From Chitinophagales bacterium (lineage in GTDB: Bacteria > Bacteroidota > Bacteroidia > Chitinophagales > CAIOSU01): DNA of 64,000 nucleotides. The notes under the pieces are model-generated. The model was not told the origin of the DNA and did not search any database. It saw only the letters and a program-made list of their open reading frames with translations. Location of the stretch: NCBI GenBank assembly GCA_040877935.1, contig JBBDNB010000043.1, forward strand, positions 26,109 through 90,108, written 5' to 3'. The position numbers and the translations under genes are program-made. This document shows, piece by piece, positions 20,022 to 30,159 of this stretch (position 1 is the first letter of the stretch; each line of letters opens with the position of its first letter).

Positions 20022-21113
20022 TTATTCGGCAGACCAGCTTACTAAAATATTTCGATCACCTACGTAGGGGAGTCTTCCGTGGCTGGTACTGTAATTGTCA
20101 ATAGCCACTACATCGCCTTTTTTCCATGGGAAAACGCTCATGTTTTTCCAAATAAGGTCTTCTACATGTTCCACATAAGCTCTTGGAATTTCAGAGCCAT
20201 CTTTAAAGGTACAATGCATGGCTTGATCCATCGGACTGCTGAATTTTTCTTTAAAGAATGTCATTATGGAAATGAAATTGTTGTAGAAAAAGGAGCGCAA
20301 ATTACCCTGCAATTTGTGGATCTTTTTGTATTCTATAGCCGCAGCAGAACGATGAAAAACCTGCAAATGATTGAACCAAACTTTTTCGCCAGTCACCGGG
20401 TGTGTAATACAAGCTTCTTGGTCATTGATTAGCCGTAGCTTATCATTGTCTTTCCAAACTACCTCCAAACCATTTTCTTTTGATTTTTCCTCAGCAACAT
20501 TTTTGTCATCTGTTAAAAACATTTCATCCCAACGCTTGAGCTTCCACAAATCAAATTTGCTTTTGCTGTTGGGGCCATTATAATTTCTAATATTTTTAAT
20601 ACCCCGGGTTTCAAATTCCTGCCTGATTTCGGGATCCATTTGTTCATATACTTTTCTGAAATTAACAATAGGTGTTTCTCCACCCAGTTCCGGTTGTGTT
20701 TCGCAAAAGAAAAAGAGTTTGCGGGGCGGGTTGGGTAAAAAACTCATTTCGCAGTGCTGCATGATAGGGTAATGAGAGGGGAGCTCACTTGCAGAAAAGA
20801 CATATTTTGTAACACTGTTGCGCGGTGAAGTTCCCAAATAATTGTTTTTTAAATCCGGGTCAATTTTTATTGCTACATCTTCAAAATCCTGGGCAGTGTT
20901 GATGTCAAATCCTCTAAAGAGAATTGCACCATCCTTATAAATTTGTTTGTCGATAAATTCTTTGTTTTGATCTATCCATTCGATAAGTGCAGCTTTACTT
21001 TTATCCTCCTTTGCTTCAGCAACGAGCGGTAAACTTATTTCCTCATCAAAATACCTGAAATTCAATTTGTCTTTTTCTTTCAATGTGTTGGTTTCCATTT
21101 TTCCTTGAATCAT
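20022..21113 (-). CDS. TauD/TfdA-family Fe(II)/2-oxoglutarate dioxygenase
   Basis: 363 aa with an H-x-E metal motif (MQHCEMSF), a distal HGR (STSHGRLPY) and a clavaminate-synthase-like layout. Confidence 0.6.
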   Translation of the reverse strand: MIQGKMETNTLKEKDKLNFRYFDEEISLPLVAEAKEDKSKAALIEWIDQNKEFIDKQIYKDGAILFRGFDINTAQDFEDVAIKIDPDLKNNYLGTSPRNSVTKYVFSASELPSHYPIMQHCEMSFLPNPPRKLFFFCETQPELGGETPIVNFRKVYEQMDPEIRQEFETRGIKNIRNYNGPNSKSKFDLWKLKRWDEMFLTDDKNVAEEKSKENGLEVVWKDNDKLRLINDQEACITHPVTGEKVWFNHLQVFHRSAAAIEYKKIHKLQGNLRSFFYNNFISIMTFFKEKFSSPMDQAMHCTFKDGSEIPRAYVEHVEDLIWKNMSVFPWKKGDVVAIDNYSTSHGRLPYVGDRNILVSWSAE

Positions 21114-21213
21114 TTAATTCTAAAGTAAAGAAAATAAAAAGAAAATAGAAATTTTAAAATGTGGTAAAACTTGTTTCTCTGTGGATTGATAAAAGATTGG
21201 CTAAATTTACTTT

Positions 21214-24200
21214 ATGTCATTGAATTTCAGATACAGCCTATGTTTTATTTTGCTGTTTTCATATAGTATCACTTTTTCGTTTTCATCCGAAAACAATTTT
21301 TCTAAACGAAGTTTTTTATTTGAAATACTCGATCCTAAAGCCAGCGGAATAGAACACGAGTTTGGCAAGCTATCACATGCCGGGATTGAAGGTGGGGGAG
21401 TGGCTGTGGGCGATTTGAATGGCAATGGCTTCTATGATATTTTCCTTGTTGGGGATTCATTGCACGGACTTTATGAAAACAAGGGCGGTTTAAAGTTTGA
21501 ACAGCGTTTTGGTCAAAGTGGTATCCCTTCAGTTAGAGGTGCTACTTCCGTTTTGATTTATGACATTAACAAGGATGGAAAACCTGACATTATTTTGGGC
21601 AGGCGTTCAGTGTCCAACAATCCGCTTCATCAAATGAAAACTAATACTTCCAATTTGGAAGAAACTGAAAGCAAGCTACTTGTTTATCTCAATTTAGGAG
21701 ATTTTAAGTTCTGTACCGATCCTGATTTTCATATATCTATGGACAGGCCGGTAAGTGGAATGACACTTGCAGATTTTGATAAAAATGGACTCATGGATAT
21801 AGCTGTGTCCACATGGGATGTAGATTTTTCAGAGATCAACAGTGCATTATTGAGTGTGGAAGAATTGAGTATGAAGAATGAAAGTCCTGTAAAACTTTTT
21901 ATGCAGCGTGAAAAAGGAGTGTTTGAGGAGCGTGGTTTGGAAATGGGTTTAAATGACGGAAGTGCAGTGAAGACTTCTTTTTCTCTCACCGCTACTGATT
22001 TGGATAATGATGGCTGGCCGGACCTTATTGTCAGCAATGATTTTGATATACCTGACATGATTTATATTAATAATGATGGAAAAAGTTTTAAAAAGAGCGA
22101 TATACAGGAAACAATGAGTTTTTTTTCAATGGGGATGGATGCGGCTGATATTTCTAATAATGGTTTTGTAGATTTTATGATATCGGATATGCGCCCACTG
22201 AATTATTACCGCCAAAAAACAGTGAAATACGAAAAGCTCTTTAACTGGGATAATATGCTAACTCATAGTGATATTGCAAGGCAAGAAGTTAGAAATACAT
22301 TATTTCTTAACCACGGGGAATTGCAATTTTCTGAAATAGCACAAATGATTAATGCTGACGCTACAGACTGGAGCTGGTCGGTACTTCTTGCAGATTTTGA
22401 CAACAATTCAAATAAAGATATTTTTATTTCAAATGGCTATTTCCACCAGGATTTTTTCAAACACGATACACCGCTTTTTTTCGATTCTGTTCGTCAGACT
22501 TTGCCGGCAATATCCGATAAAGATTTTCTCATCAAGCTTCAAAAAAGAGATACTCTCACAGCTCCTGTTTTTAAGAATTTCTTTTTTTCCAATACAGGAG
22601 CACTTTCTTTTAAAAACAGGAGTGATACCTGGCAGCCTTCAAAAGCTCTAAACACTCGTGGTGCTGCTTATGCCGACCTTGACAATGACGGTGACCTTGA
22701 CTTAATTCTCAATAATGCCAAATCACCTGCTCTGATTCTTAAAAACACAAGTGATGAACTAACAGGGAATAATTTTTTGAGAGTAAAATTAACAGACTCA
22801 GAACGCAGGCCTTTGTTGCACAGTAGAGTTCATATTTATTACTATGCTGAAAAGGGAATTGAAATGCAAATGCAGGAATTGCAGCCATGTCGGGGTTTTT
22901 ATTCCGCTTCAGAGGATGTATTGCATTTTGGGCTGGGCACACAAAAAATTATCGATTCTGTGATTGTTAGCTGGCCAAATGGCAAGCAAAGCATTGTGAA
23001 AAATATTGCTGCCAATCAATTGCTCGAAATTGAATATACTGATCCTCAACTTAGAAATTCACCTAAAAAGGAATTGACCAAAAAAGCTTTTGAAGCAGTG
23101 GAAATCAAAGGCTTGAAATATTTGCATAAAGAAAATAATTTCAATGATTTGGCAGAAAACCCATTAATGCCGCAAATGTATTCTCGCGAAGGGCCATGTA
23201 TAGCTATTGGCGATTTGAATGGCAATGGATTTGATGATGTAGTAATTGGTGGTGCGGCACAGGCGACTACAATCTTTTATCAGAACAGTCCGGAAGTTTT
23301 TGAGAGCGATACTTTAGCTGGTTTGGAAAATGAAGCATGGCAGGAAGATGCCGCAATTTTGATTTTTGATTACAACAGTGATGGACTTAATGATCTGCTG
23401 ATTGCTTCCGGTGGAAATGAAAAAGCAGAAGGTGATTCATTCTACAGGCACAGGATATACAGAAACCTTGGCAATGGTAACTTTAAGCAGGAGAATATTT
23501 TACCGGATATTCGCAGCAGTGCTTCTGTTGCGAAGCTAAATTATATAGCTTCTGATTCAACAAAGCCATTGATATTTATAGGCGGAAAAATTAAACCTAA
23601 AAATTATCCCCTTCCACCGGAATCTTATTTGCTGGCATATGAAAATGGGCGTTTTGTGGATGTGACTGATCAATTGGCCCCCGGGCTTAAAAATGCAGGT
23701 ATGATTAGTGATGCCATTTGGTCAGATTTTGATGGGGACGGCAATGTTGATTTGATTGTAGTTGGAGAATACATGTCCCCGAAATTTTTCAAAAATAAAT
23801 CGGGATTTTTTAAAGATGTCAGCCCAAAAGTTTTACCGGGGGACAGTTTAAATGGTTTTTGGAATTGTATTGTATCCGGTGATTTCAATAAGAATGGTTC
23901 AACTGATTACGTGATTGGCAATTTGGGTTTAAATACCAGGTATAAAGCCAGTGCTGATTTTCCACTGGAAATTTTTGCTGCTGATTTTGATGAAAATGCT
24001 TATAGGGATATAATTACTGCCTATTATGAGGATGGAAGACTTTATCCTGTAAAACAATTGAATACTTTTAAAGACAGGATTGCAGGGTTTTCAAAAAAAT
24101 ATTACAAACATGCAGATTTTGCTTCAGCAGATATGGAAGAGATTTTCGGAAAAGAGCCATTAGATAAGGCTTTGCATTTGAAAGTGCATACAACAGCTTC

Positions 24201-24570
24201 TGTATATCTTGAAAATAAGGGAAAGGGAACGTTTAAAATTCATCAATTACCAATAGCAGCACAGGTAGCCCCTGTAAAAGCAATGCAAGTATTGGATTAT
24301 AATAAGGACAGTAATCCTGATATTTTACTGGCGGGGAATTTTTTTCATACAGAAACCGAAAGGGGCAGCTATACAGCCCAAAAGGGACTTCTATTAGAAG
24401 GTGACGGAAATGGTGGGTTCACTGCTTTACAAGCTCCTGAGTCTGGATTTTATGCCAATGGCGATTGCCGTTTTATAGAAATATTGAATAAGCAGAACAA
24501 GCCACTGATACTTTTGGGCAGAAATGATGCTGCTCTTAAAATTTTCAGATGGGTAAACTCTGCAAACTAA
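21214..24570 (+). CDS. FG-GAP/VCBS repeat protein with ASPIC/UnbV domain (CRTAC1-like)
   Basis: Repeated GDLNGNGFxD, DLDNDGWPDLIV, DLDNDGDLDLIL and DFDGDGNVDLIV motifs, plus a central LRVKL...RVHIYYYAEKGIEMQMQELQPCRGFYSASEDVLHFGLG (ASPIC/UnbV). Confidence 0.8.
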   Translation: MSLNFRYSLCFILLFSYSITFSFSSENNFSKRSFLFEILDPKASGIEHEFGKLSHAGIEGGGVAVGDLNGNGFYDIFLVGDSLHGLYENKGGLKFEQRFGQSGIPSVRGATSVLIYDINKDGKPDIILGRRSVSNNPLHQMKTNTSNLEETESKLLVYLNLGDFKFCTDPDFHISMDRPVSGMTLADFDKNGLMDIAVSTWDVDFSEINSALLSVEELSMKNESPVKLFMQREKGVFEERGLEMGLNDGSAVKTSFSLTATDLDNDGWPDLIVSNDFDIPDMIYINNDGKSFKKSDIQETMSFFSMGMDAADISNNGFVDFMISDMRPLNYYRQKTVKYEKLFNWDNMLTHSDIARQEVRNTLFLNHGELQFSEIAQMINADATDWSWSVLLADFDNNSNKDIFISNGYFHQDFFKHDTPLFFDSVRQTLPAISDKDFLIKLQKRDTLTAPVFKNFFFSNTGALSFKNRSDTWQPSKALNTRGAAYADLDNDGDLDLILNNAKSPALILKNTSDELTGNNFLRVKLTDSERRPLLHSRVHIYYYAEKGIEMQMQELQPCRGFYSASEDVLHFGLGTQKIIDSVIVSWPNGKQSIVKNIAANQLLEIEYTDPQLRNSPKKELTKKAFEAVEIKGLKYLHKENNFNDLAENPLMPQMYSREGPCIAIGDLNGNGFDDVVIGGAAQATTIFYQNSPEVFESDTLAGLENEAWQEDAAILIFDYNSDGLNDLLIASGGNEKAEGDSFYRHRIYRNLGNGNFKQENILPDIRSSASVAKLNYIASDSTKPLIFIGGKIKPKNYPLPPESYLLAYENGRFVDVTDQLAPGLKNAGMISDAIWSDFDGDGNVDLIVVGEYMSPKFFKNKSGFFKDVSPKVLPGDSLNGFWNCIVSGDFNKNGSTDYVIGNLGLNTRYKASADFPLEIFAADFDENAYRDIITAYYEDGRLYPVKQLNTFKDRIAGFSKKYYKHADFASADMEEIFGKEPLDKALHLKVHTTASVYLENKGKGTFKIHQLPIAAQVAPVKAMQVLDYNKDSNPDILLAGNFFHTETERGSYTAQKGLLLEGDGNGGFTALQAPESGFYANGDCRFIEILNKQNKPLILLGRNDAALKIFRWVNSAN

Positions 24571-24813
24571 TTGACAAGTATAAGCACCAGCTTAGTGTAG
24601 CATTTTAGTGCATTAAATATCTTACACGATTGATTTTTTTTGCGGAATCTCTGTAGTCAATTGTGTATAAACCTATTTGCAATCAAACTCTTTTACGCAA
24701 AATGTTTATTTCTTCGAAAAACCGGTGGATATCTATATATTTTATGTGAATAAACAGGGATTTTTAGTGTATTGACTAGTGGGAATATTGTGTATTAATT
24801 TTTATCAAAAAGA

Positions 24814-24844
24814 TTTGTACATCTGGATTTTACATCTACTTTTG
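24814..24844 (+). promoter_or_regulatory. Bacteroidota sigma-A-type promoter (-33 TTTG / -7 TAnnTTTG)
   Basis: TTTG at 24814-24817 and TACTTTTG at 24837-24844, 19 nt apart. This matches the Bacteroides consensus spacing. Confidence 0.55.
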
Positions 24845-24849
24845 ATACT

Positions 24850-25198
24850 ATCGAATGAGAGATAAAGGGTAGAGGCGAAAGCCGAAAGCTTTGATCTTCA
24901 TCTGAGAAAAGGAAAGCTAAAGGATTGATTCTTTCTTCGGAAAGAAAAGATTGAAAAAGCGTAAGCTTCAGAAGGCTGAATTTTCTCGCTCCTGCGAAAG
25001 CTTGGAGTTACTGAATGAAACGGTGCAAGCCGGGGATTTCGATAGATGAGTTTTAAAGTTTTCCCGAAAAAACCTGTAGCATTTATGTTGCAGGAATATG
25101 GGAATCCGTAATAACTGTAATTCGACAATGATTCGCACTACGGTGCCGGATTGTTGAAGGCGGGATTTCAAAGCAATTTGAGTCCCGCCTTTTGTTTT
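24850..25198 (+). ncRNA. unclassified structured RNA candidate (about 350 nt, promoter to intrinsic terminator)
   Basis: It has no credible ORF. There are many tetraloop hairpins on the + strand: GGC-GAAA-GCC (24874-24883), a 7-bp stem with a UUCG loop (24929-24946), GC-GAAA-GC inside GCTCC/GGAGT (24988-25008) and GCAC-UACG-GUGC (25135-25146). An 8-bp helix at 25073-25094 contains G-U pairs. It ends in a strong terminator. Confidence 0.5.
25159..25198 (+). terminator. rho-independent terminator
   Basis: GGCGGGA...TCCCGCC stem (25159-25189) with an inner CAAA/TTTG extension, followed by TTTTGTTTTT. Confidence 0.8.
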
Positions 25199-25337
25199 TA
25201 TACCCTCCTGTTAGTTGCTGCAAATGGTTAAGGAAAATACCAACAAACAATTTTTGACAATAAATGTTAATGCAAAATGTATTCAAGCTTGCTTAAGTGC
25301 AAGTTCCTTATCTTAATTATTTAAAACTTATGAGTTC

Positions 25338-27431
25338 ATGAAAAGCTCTGTTGTCAGTATTGTCTGTATATATCTTAGTATTGGGATTATCTCACCTTTC
25401 AATCTTTATGCACAGAGTTTTTCAATTGGACAAAGCAGCCAAAGCATTAGTGATCCACAACGATCAAGAAATATCGATACAGAAATTTTTTATCCTGCAA
25501 CACAGCCTGGTAGCAATACCCCGTTAGCCAATGGTAATTTTCCGCTTATTGTTTTTGGTCATGGATTTTCAATGAATTTTGGTGCTTATCAGAATTTTGT
25601 GGATGAATTTGTACCAAAAGGTTTTATCCTGGTTTTTCCTAAAACGGAAGTAGGCCCAATTCCTTTTCCCGATCATGCAGCTTTTGGACAGGATTTGAGT
25701 TTTTTGACTGATTATTTCCAGGCACAGTCTACCGACCCAAATGCCTTTTTCTATCAAAAGATAAATGGTAAAACTGCTGTAATGGGACATTCTATGGGTG
25801 GTGGTTGCAGTTTTCTTGCCGCAGAGCAAAACAGCAATATTAATGTGATGGCTACTTTTGCTGCTGCCGAAACCAATGTTTCTGCAATTGCTGCTGCCCA
25901 GAACGTAAATATTCCCGCTTTGGTTTTTGCAGGTTCGGAGGACAATGTAGCACCACCTTTGGGCAATCAAATTGATATGTACAACAACCTGGCAAGCGAT
26001 TGTAAATACCTGATAACTTTAGATGGGGGCAGCCACTGTGGATTTGCCAATTCGAATGCCGCTTGTGATTTTGGTGAAACAAGTGTTTGTCTTTTTTGCA
26101 GTTTTATAAGTCGTGCAGAACAGCATTTACGCACTTTTTCGGTCTTGGGGCCTTGGCTGGATTTTCATTTAAAAACGGAGTGCAATAAATGGACGGATTT
26201 TGAACTTTCACTTCAGAACACTACCGGACTAGTGGTTCAGACAAACTGTACTTATGCATTGCCGGAAGCAAATTTTCAGGCACAAGGTGACAGTACATTT
26301 TGTTTAGGAGATTCGATTGTGCTCAATACTACTTCAACGCTTAAAAAAAAATGGTCAACGAATGATACTTCATTCAGCATCAAAACAAAAAACAGCGGCC
26401 AATATTATTTAATTGTAGAAGATCAATACGCCTGCAAAGATACCAGTAGAACTATTTCTGTTACTGTAAACCATCCGGCTGATATTGTTTTCAATTACCC
26501 GGATACTGTCTTTTGCGGAATAGATAGTATAGAATTGCAATTACTGGGAAATTACAATACCGTATCCTGGTCAGGACTTGGAGTAAATAGACTTTGGGTG
26601 AGCGAATCTGGGATATACACAGTAGAAATAACTGACAGCAACAATTGTGTAAACAAGGATTCAATTGATATAATTCTAAGTAAAGCCGATACAAATTTTT
26701 TACCGCAGTTAAGTGCCAAGCCATCAAATTTCACCTGCCCTGAAGAAAGCATTATTCTTTCTATGAGCGATACATTAGATGGGTCAGTTTTTTGGAGCAA
26801 TGGCTCAAATCAACAGGACATTAGCACTGATTCAGCAGGGATTTTCTTTGTGCAGCGGACAGATAGTTTTGGTTGCGTATATTATTCTGATAGTATTGAA
26901 GTTGGTTTCTATGATTTGCCCAATCCGCTAATAGACACTATAGCTGATTCAGTTTTTTTGGTAAATCCGGCCAATTACGGCAATATCAACTGGTATTATA
27001 ATGACAGCATTCAACTGAATCAATTTCAAAATGAGACGGCAATATTGCCCGACACAAGTGGCCTATATCAGGCTGAAGTAATTGACAGTAACGGCTGCAC
27101 TGCTTTTTCATTAGCGGTATATTTTAAATACAGTGCAACTGCTGATAGTTTAGGTGATACCACAAATGTAAGGGTGGAGGAATTAGATGAGTTTTCAATA
27201 AGGAGCAAAATTAAAATCCATCCTAACCCAGTTCAAGATCTGCTTTATATTGATGTTAAACTGGCGTATGATTTTCGCCTGGTGGATATAAGCGGACGGG
27301 TTTACAAGCAAGGGGAGCTGAAAGCCATGTCCAATATTATTGATTTACAGGAATTGCCTCAAGGGATTTATTTCCTTCAGCTTTTGTCTGATAAAAAAAT
27401 GCAAAGTTTCAAGATGCTGAAAATTTTATAG
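25338..27431 (+). CDS. secreted alpha/beta hydrolase (cutinase/dienelactone-hydrolase/PETase-like esterase) with Ig-like repeats and T9SS type A C-terminal domain
   Basis: Signal peptide. Catalytic Ser in VMGHSMGGG, Asp in FAGSEDNVAP, His in LDGGSHCGFANSN (compare PETase/cutinase GWSMGGG...D...GGSHSCANSG). Repeats of the GxYxVxVxDxNxC type. C-terminal KIHPNPVQDLLYIDV...GIYFLQL...KMLKIL. Confidence 0.75.
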   Translation: MKSSVVSIVCIYLSIGIISPFNLYAQSFSIGQSSQSISDPQRSRNIDTEIFYPATQPGSNTPLANGNFPLIVFGHGFSMNFGAYQNFVDEFVPKGFILVFPKTEVGPIPFPDHAAFGQDLSFLTDYFQAQSTDPNAFFYQKINGKTAVMGHSMGGGCSFLAAEQNSNINVMATFAAAETNVSAIAAAQNVNIPALVFAGSEDNVAPPLGNQIDMYNNLASDCKYLITLDGGSHCGFANSNAACDFGETSVCLFCSFISRAEQHLRTFSVLGPWLDFHLKTECNKWTDFELSLQNTTGLVVQTNCTYALPEANFQAQGDSTFCLGDSIVLNTTSTLKKKWSTNDTSFSIKTKNSGQYYLIVEDQYACKDTSRTISVTVNHPADIVFNYPDTVFCGIDSIELQLLGNYNTVSWSGLGVNRLWVSESGIYTVEITDSNNCVNKDSIDIILSKADTNFLPQLSAKPSNFTCPEESIILSMSDTLDGSVFWSNGSNQQDISTDSAGIFFVQRTDSFGCVYYSDSIEVGFYDLPNPLIDTIADSVFLVNPANYGNINWYYNDSIQLNQFQNETAILPDTSGLYQAEVIDSNGCTAFSLAVYFKYSATADSLGDTTNVRVEELDEFSIRSKIKIHPNPVQDLLYIDVKLAYDFRLVDISGRVYKQGELKAMSNIIDLQELPQGIYFLQLLSDKKMQSFKMLKIL

Positions 27432-27617
27432 CCTTATACTAAGTTCTATAAATATTATAAAAAATTTGTACTAAAGAATTTCTATGCTCAGTTTATTAAG
27501 AGCACTTTAATTTAGTGATTAGGCATACAACTATTTATACATGCTCCTTCGTCTTTCTATTGTTCCCAACAAACAAACAATAATATTACACGTATTCTTT
27601 GATGAGATGTTCTATTT

Positions 27618-30158
27618 TTGAACTTTCCTGTTATTTTGATATCAATATTGAGCCGCTTAATTTTTATTTTTTTATTCTGCATTGGATTAGGTCTGCATTT
27701 TTCAAGTGCTCAGATTGTAATCAGCGGCATGGTTAGTGAAGCTAAAAGTGGGGAACCCATTCCATTTTGCAATATTACAGTTCCGGGAAAATTCACTGGC
27801 ACATCAACAGATGTTGACGGGAAATTCAGTCTACAACTTAGCAAGCGCAGTGATTCTATTACCGTATCTGCGATGGGCTATAAATCTCAAACATTATCAA
27901 TAGCTAATCAAAATCCCAATAATTTAAAAATTGCTTTAGAACAGGATGAGATCAGTATTGGTGAGATAAGCGTGTCAGCAGAAATGGATCCAGCCAAAGT
28001 GCTGTTCAGGCGAATTATAAAGAATAAGGCCAATCACGATATTCACCGTTTAGATGCCATTAGCTATGAAGTTTACAATAAATATGAAGTTGATTTGCTT
28101 GATGTCACTCCTGAGGATATTCAAAAAAAGCTGATCATTTCTAAATTTCCGATACTGTCCGAGTACATAGATTCATTAGAAGATGAAAACACAACAATAT
28201 TGCCACTCTTTATGATTGAAAATATTGCAAGTATATACAAGCAGAACAATCCGCGTAAAGTTTCTGAAAAAATTCAGGGTGTAAGAGTTTCAGGTGTACA
28301 GCGCAAGGATTTTATTGCCAAACTCTTGTCTAATGTGGATCAGAATTTCAATATCTATGATAATCTGATGGTGGTATTTGGCAAAAACTTCATTAGTCCA
28401 ATTGCAGATTATGGGATGAATGTGTATCGCTACAATCTTAATGTTTACGATACATTATTCATACAGGGCGTACCTCATTTTGAAATGGAATTTGAACCCA
28501 AAAGAAAAGGAGAATATACTTTCAGAGGCAGTTTTATTGTAAATATTAAAAACTATGCTATTGCCAGTATTGAGGCTGAAATGGTGGAGGATATTAATAT
28601 TGAGCTGGTAAAGGCCCTGGAATTCAAGCTGCATTTTGCCCCTCGAATGATGCAGGTATCAAATGACAGCAGCACATTAATGTGGTTGCCCGATCGCGAA
28701 TTTATGAAAGTGAAAATGAATTATATTATTGGTGCTGAAGCCAAGATATTGGGCAAGAAAACCACAAGTTATAAGGATATTAAAATTGATGCAAGTCATA
28801 AATCAAAGGAATTCAATGCTTTTGAGGCTTCTAATATTGTTGATCAGGCCGGTGCACGTAGCGATTCATTTTGGCAAAGCAGGCGGCATATGGATTTGGA
28901 GCATAGCGAGCAGGGAATTTACGATATGGTCGATAGCCTGAAGCGTACGAGAACTTATAAAGTTTATGAATACCTGGTGCGTACCGCTACTTCAGGTTAT
29001 GTGAAATTAGGTGGAATTGGTCTTGGCGCAATTACTTCTTTAGTGAGCAGAAATGCTTTGGAAGGTTGGCGATTCAGGCTTGGATTTAAAACCAATACCG
29101 ATTTTTCCGAACGGGTTTTGCTCAGAGGATATGCAGCTTATGGCTTGCAGGATGAAAGGATTAAATATGGAGGTGAATTTCAGTTTATCATTTCAAAACG
29201 GCCCTGGAACAAGATTTCAATTTCTGCCCGGACAGATGTTGATCTGATGACACGTCATGCAGAAGAAATGGATAAGGACAATGTATTTACCATTATTCAA
29301 AAACCCAATACCCTGCAGCGGCTTTACAATATAGATGAATACAGTATTGTTTATGATACTGAATTTCATAAAGATGTAACCGCCTATTTTAGTGCACGGC
29401 ATAGGCGTATTACACCTGGGTTTGATTTTTTATACGAAAGCAATGGAGGTTTCAGCGATGAAGTTAAAATTTCGGAAGCGGGAATTGCGCTGAGGTGGCA
29501 GCACAAGTCCAGGCCATTGCCGGGCACATTCAACAGGGAAGCATCTGCCAGCAGTCTATTTGCTCAATTTAGAAAGAAGAATTCCTTTCCTGTTTTTCAT
29601 GGACGCTATACATCCGGGTTTAAAAATGTAATCAACAGTGATTTTGAATACCATGATGTAAGTGTAGGTATGCAGGGCGATGTGCGGCTCAATTCGAAAA
29701 TGTCAATGTATTACAACCTATGGGCAGGAAAGATTTATGGCACTTTGCCTTTTTTATTGCTGAAATCACCGGAGGGAAATTTTTCCTATATCCACAACAA
29801 ATACCTGTTTAACAATATGAATATACTGGAGTTTGTGGCAGATCAGTATGTCAGCTTGAATTTCCAGTATTTTATAGGCGGGTCTATTTTGGATAAAATC
29901 CCGGGGATTAAAAAATTGAAATGGCGCGAGGTACTCACAGCTAATGTTTTTTACGGGAATTTGCGTGATGAAAACAAGTACATCAATCGTTTCAATGAAT
30001 ATGATGTAGCCTATCCGGTACCCTATGTTGAGGCGGGTTTTGGTTTTGAAAATATTTTTAAAGTCATTCGCATAGATTCCATTTGGAGAATTACCCATCG
30101 CGATAAACCTCAAATTACCAATTGGGCTTTGTATTTGAGCCTGTATCTTAAAATATAG
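27618..30158 (+). CDS. CarboxypepD_reg-domain outer-membrane protein (DUF5686-like)
   Basis: TTG start. Signal/TM segment, then IVISGMVSEAKSGEPIPFCNITVPGKFTGTSTDVDGKFSL (carboxypeptidase-regulatory-like fold) followed by about 700 aa of beta-rich sequence. The DUF5686 assignment is from memory of the architecture. Confidence 0.55.
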   Translation: MNFPVILISILSRLIFIFLFCIGLGLHFSSAQIVISGMVSEAKSGEPIPFCNITVPGKFTGTSTDVDGKFSLQLSKRSDSITVSAMGYKSQTLSIANQNPNNLKIALEQDEISIGEISVSAEMDPAKVLFRRIIKNKANHDIHRLDAISYEVYNKYEVDLLDVTPEDIQKKLIISKFPILSEYIDSLEDENTTILPLFMIENIASIYKQNNPRKVSEKIQGVRVSGVQRKDFIAKLLSNVDQNFNIYDNLMVVFGKNFISPIADYGMNVYRYNLNVYDTLFIQGVPHFEMEFEPKRKGEYTFRGSFIVNIKNYAIASIEAEMVEDINIELVKALEFKLHFAPRMMQVSNDSSTLMWLPDREFMKVKMNYIIGAEAKILGKKTTSYKDIKIDASHKSKEFNAFEASNIVDQAGARSDSFWQSRRHMDLEHSEQGIYDMVDSLKRTRTYKVYEYLVRTATSGYVKLGGIGLGAITSLVSRNALEGWRFRLGFKTNTDFSERVLLRGYAAYGLQDERIKYGGEFQFIISKRPWNKISISARTDVDLMTRHAEEMDKDNVFTIIQKPNTLQRLYNIDEYSIVYDTEFHKDVTAYFSARHRRITPGFDFLYESNGGFSDEVKISEAGIALRWQHKSRPLPGTFNREASASSLFAQFRKKNSFPVFHGRYTSGFKNVINSDFEYHDVSVGMQGDVRLNSKMSMYYNLWAGKIYGTLPFLLLKSPEGNFSYIHNKYLFNNMNILEFVADQYVSLNFQYFIGGSILDKIPGIKKLKWREVLTANVFYGNLRDENKYINRFNEYDVAYPVPYVEAGFGFENIFKVIRIDSIWRITHRDKPQITNWALYLSLYLKI

Positions 30159-30159
30159 T

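Noticed and set aside
24850-25198. Assigning the structured tract to RNase P RNA, tmRNA, SRP RNA or a known riboswitch, because the size fits RNase P and tmRNA.
   Set aside because: There is no GAGGAAAGUCC (P4/CR-I) or ACAGAA..CGGCUUA, no GGGG 5' end with a tRNA-Ala-like 3' end or tag ORF, no SRP GGAA/AGCAG motif, and no B12 box, TPP ACCUGAUC or lysine/FMN/SAM cores. AUGAAACGGUGC only superficially resembles RNase P CR-II. It is left unclassified.
24898-25286. Three minus-strand ORFs (67-76 aa) in the 24.6-25.3 kb gap.
   Set aside because: They overlap each other in different frames, have no start context, and lie antisense to a tract whose hairpins and terminator are consistent with a + strand RNA.
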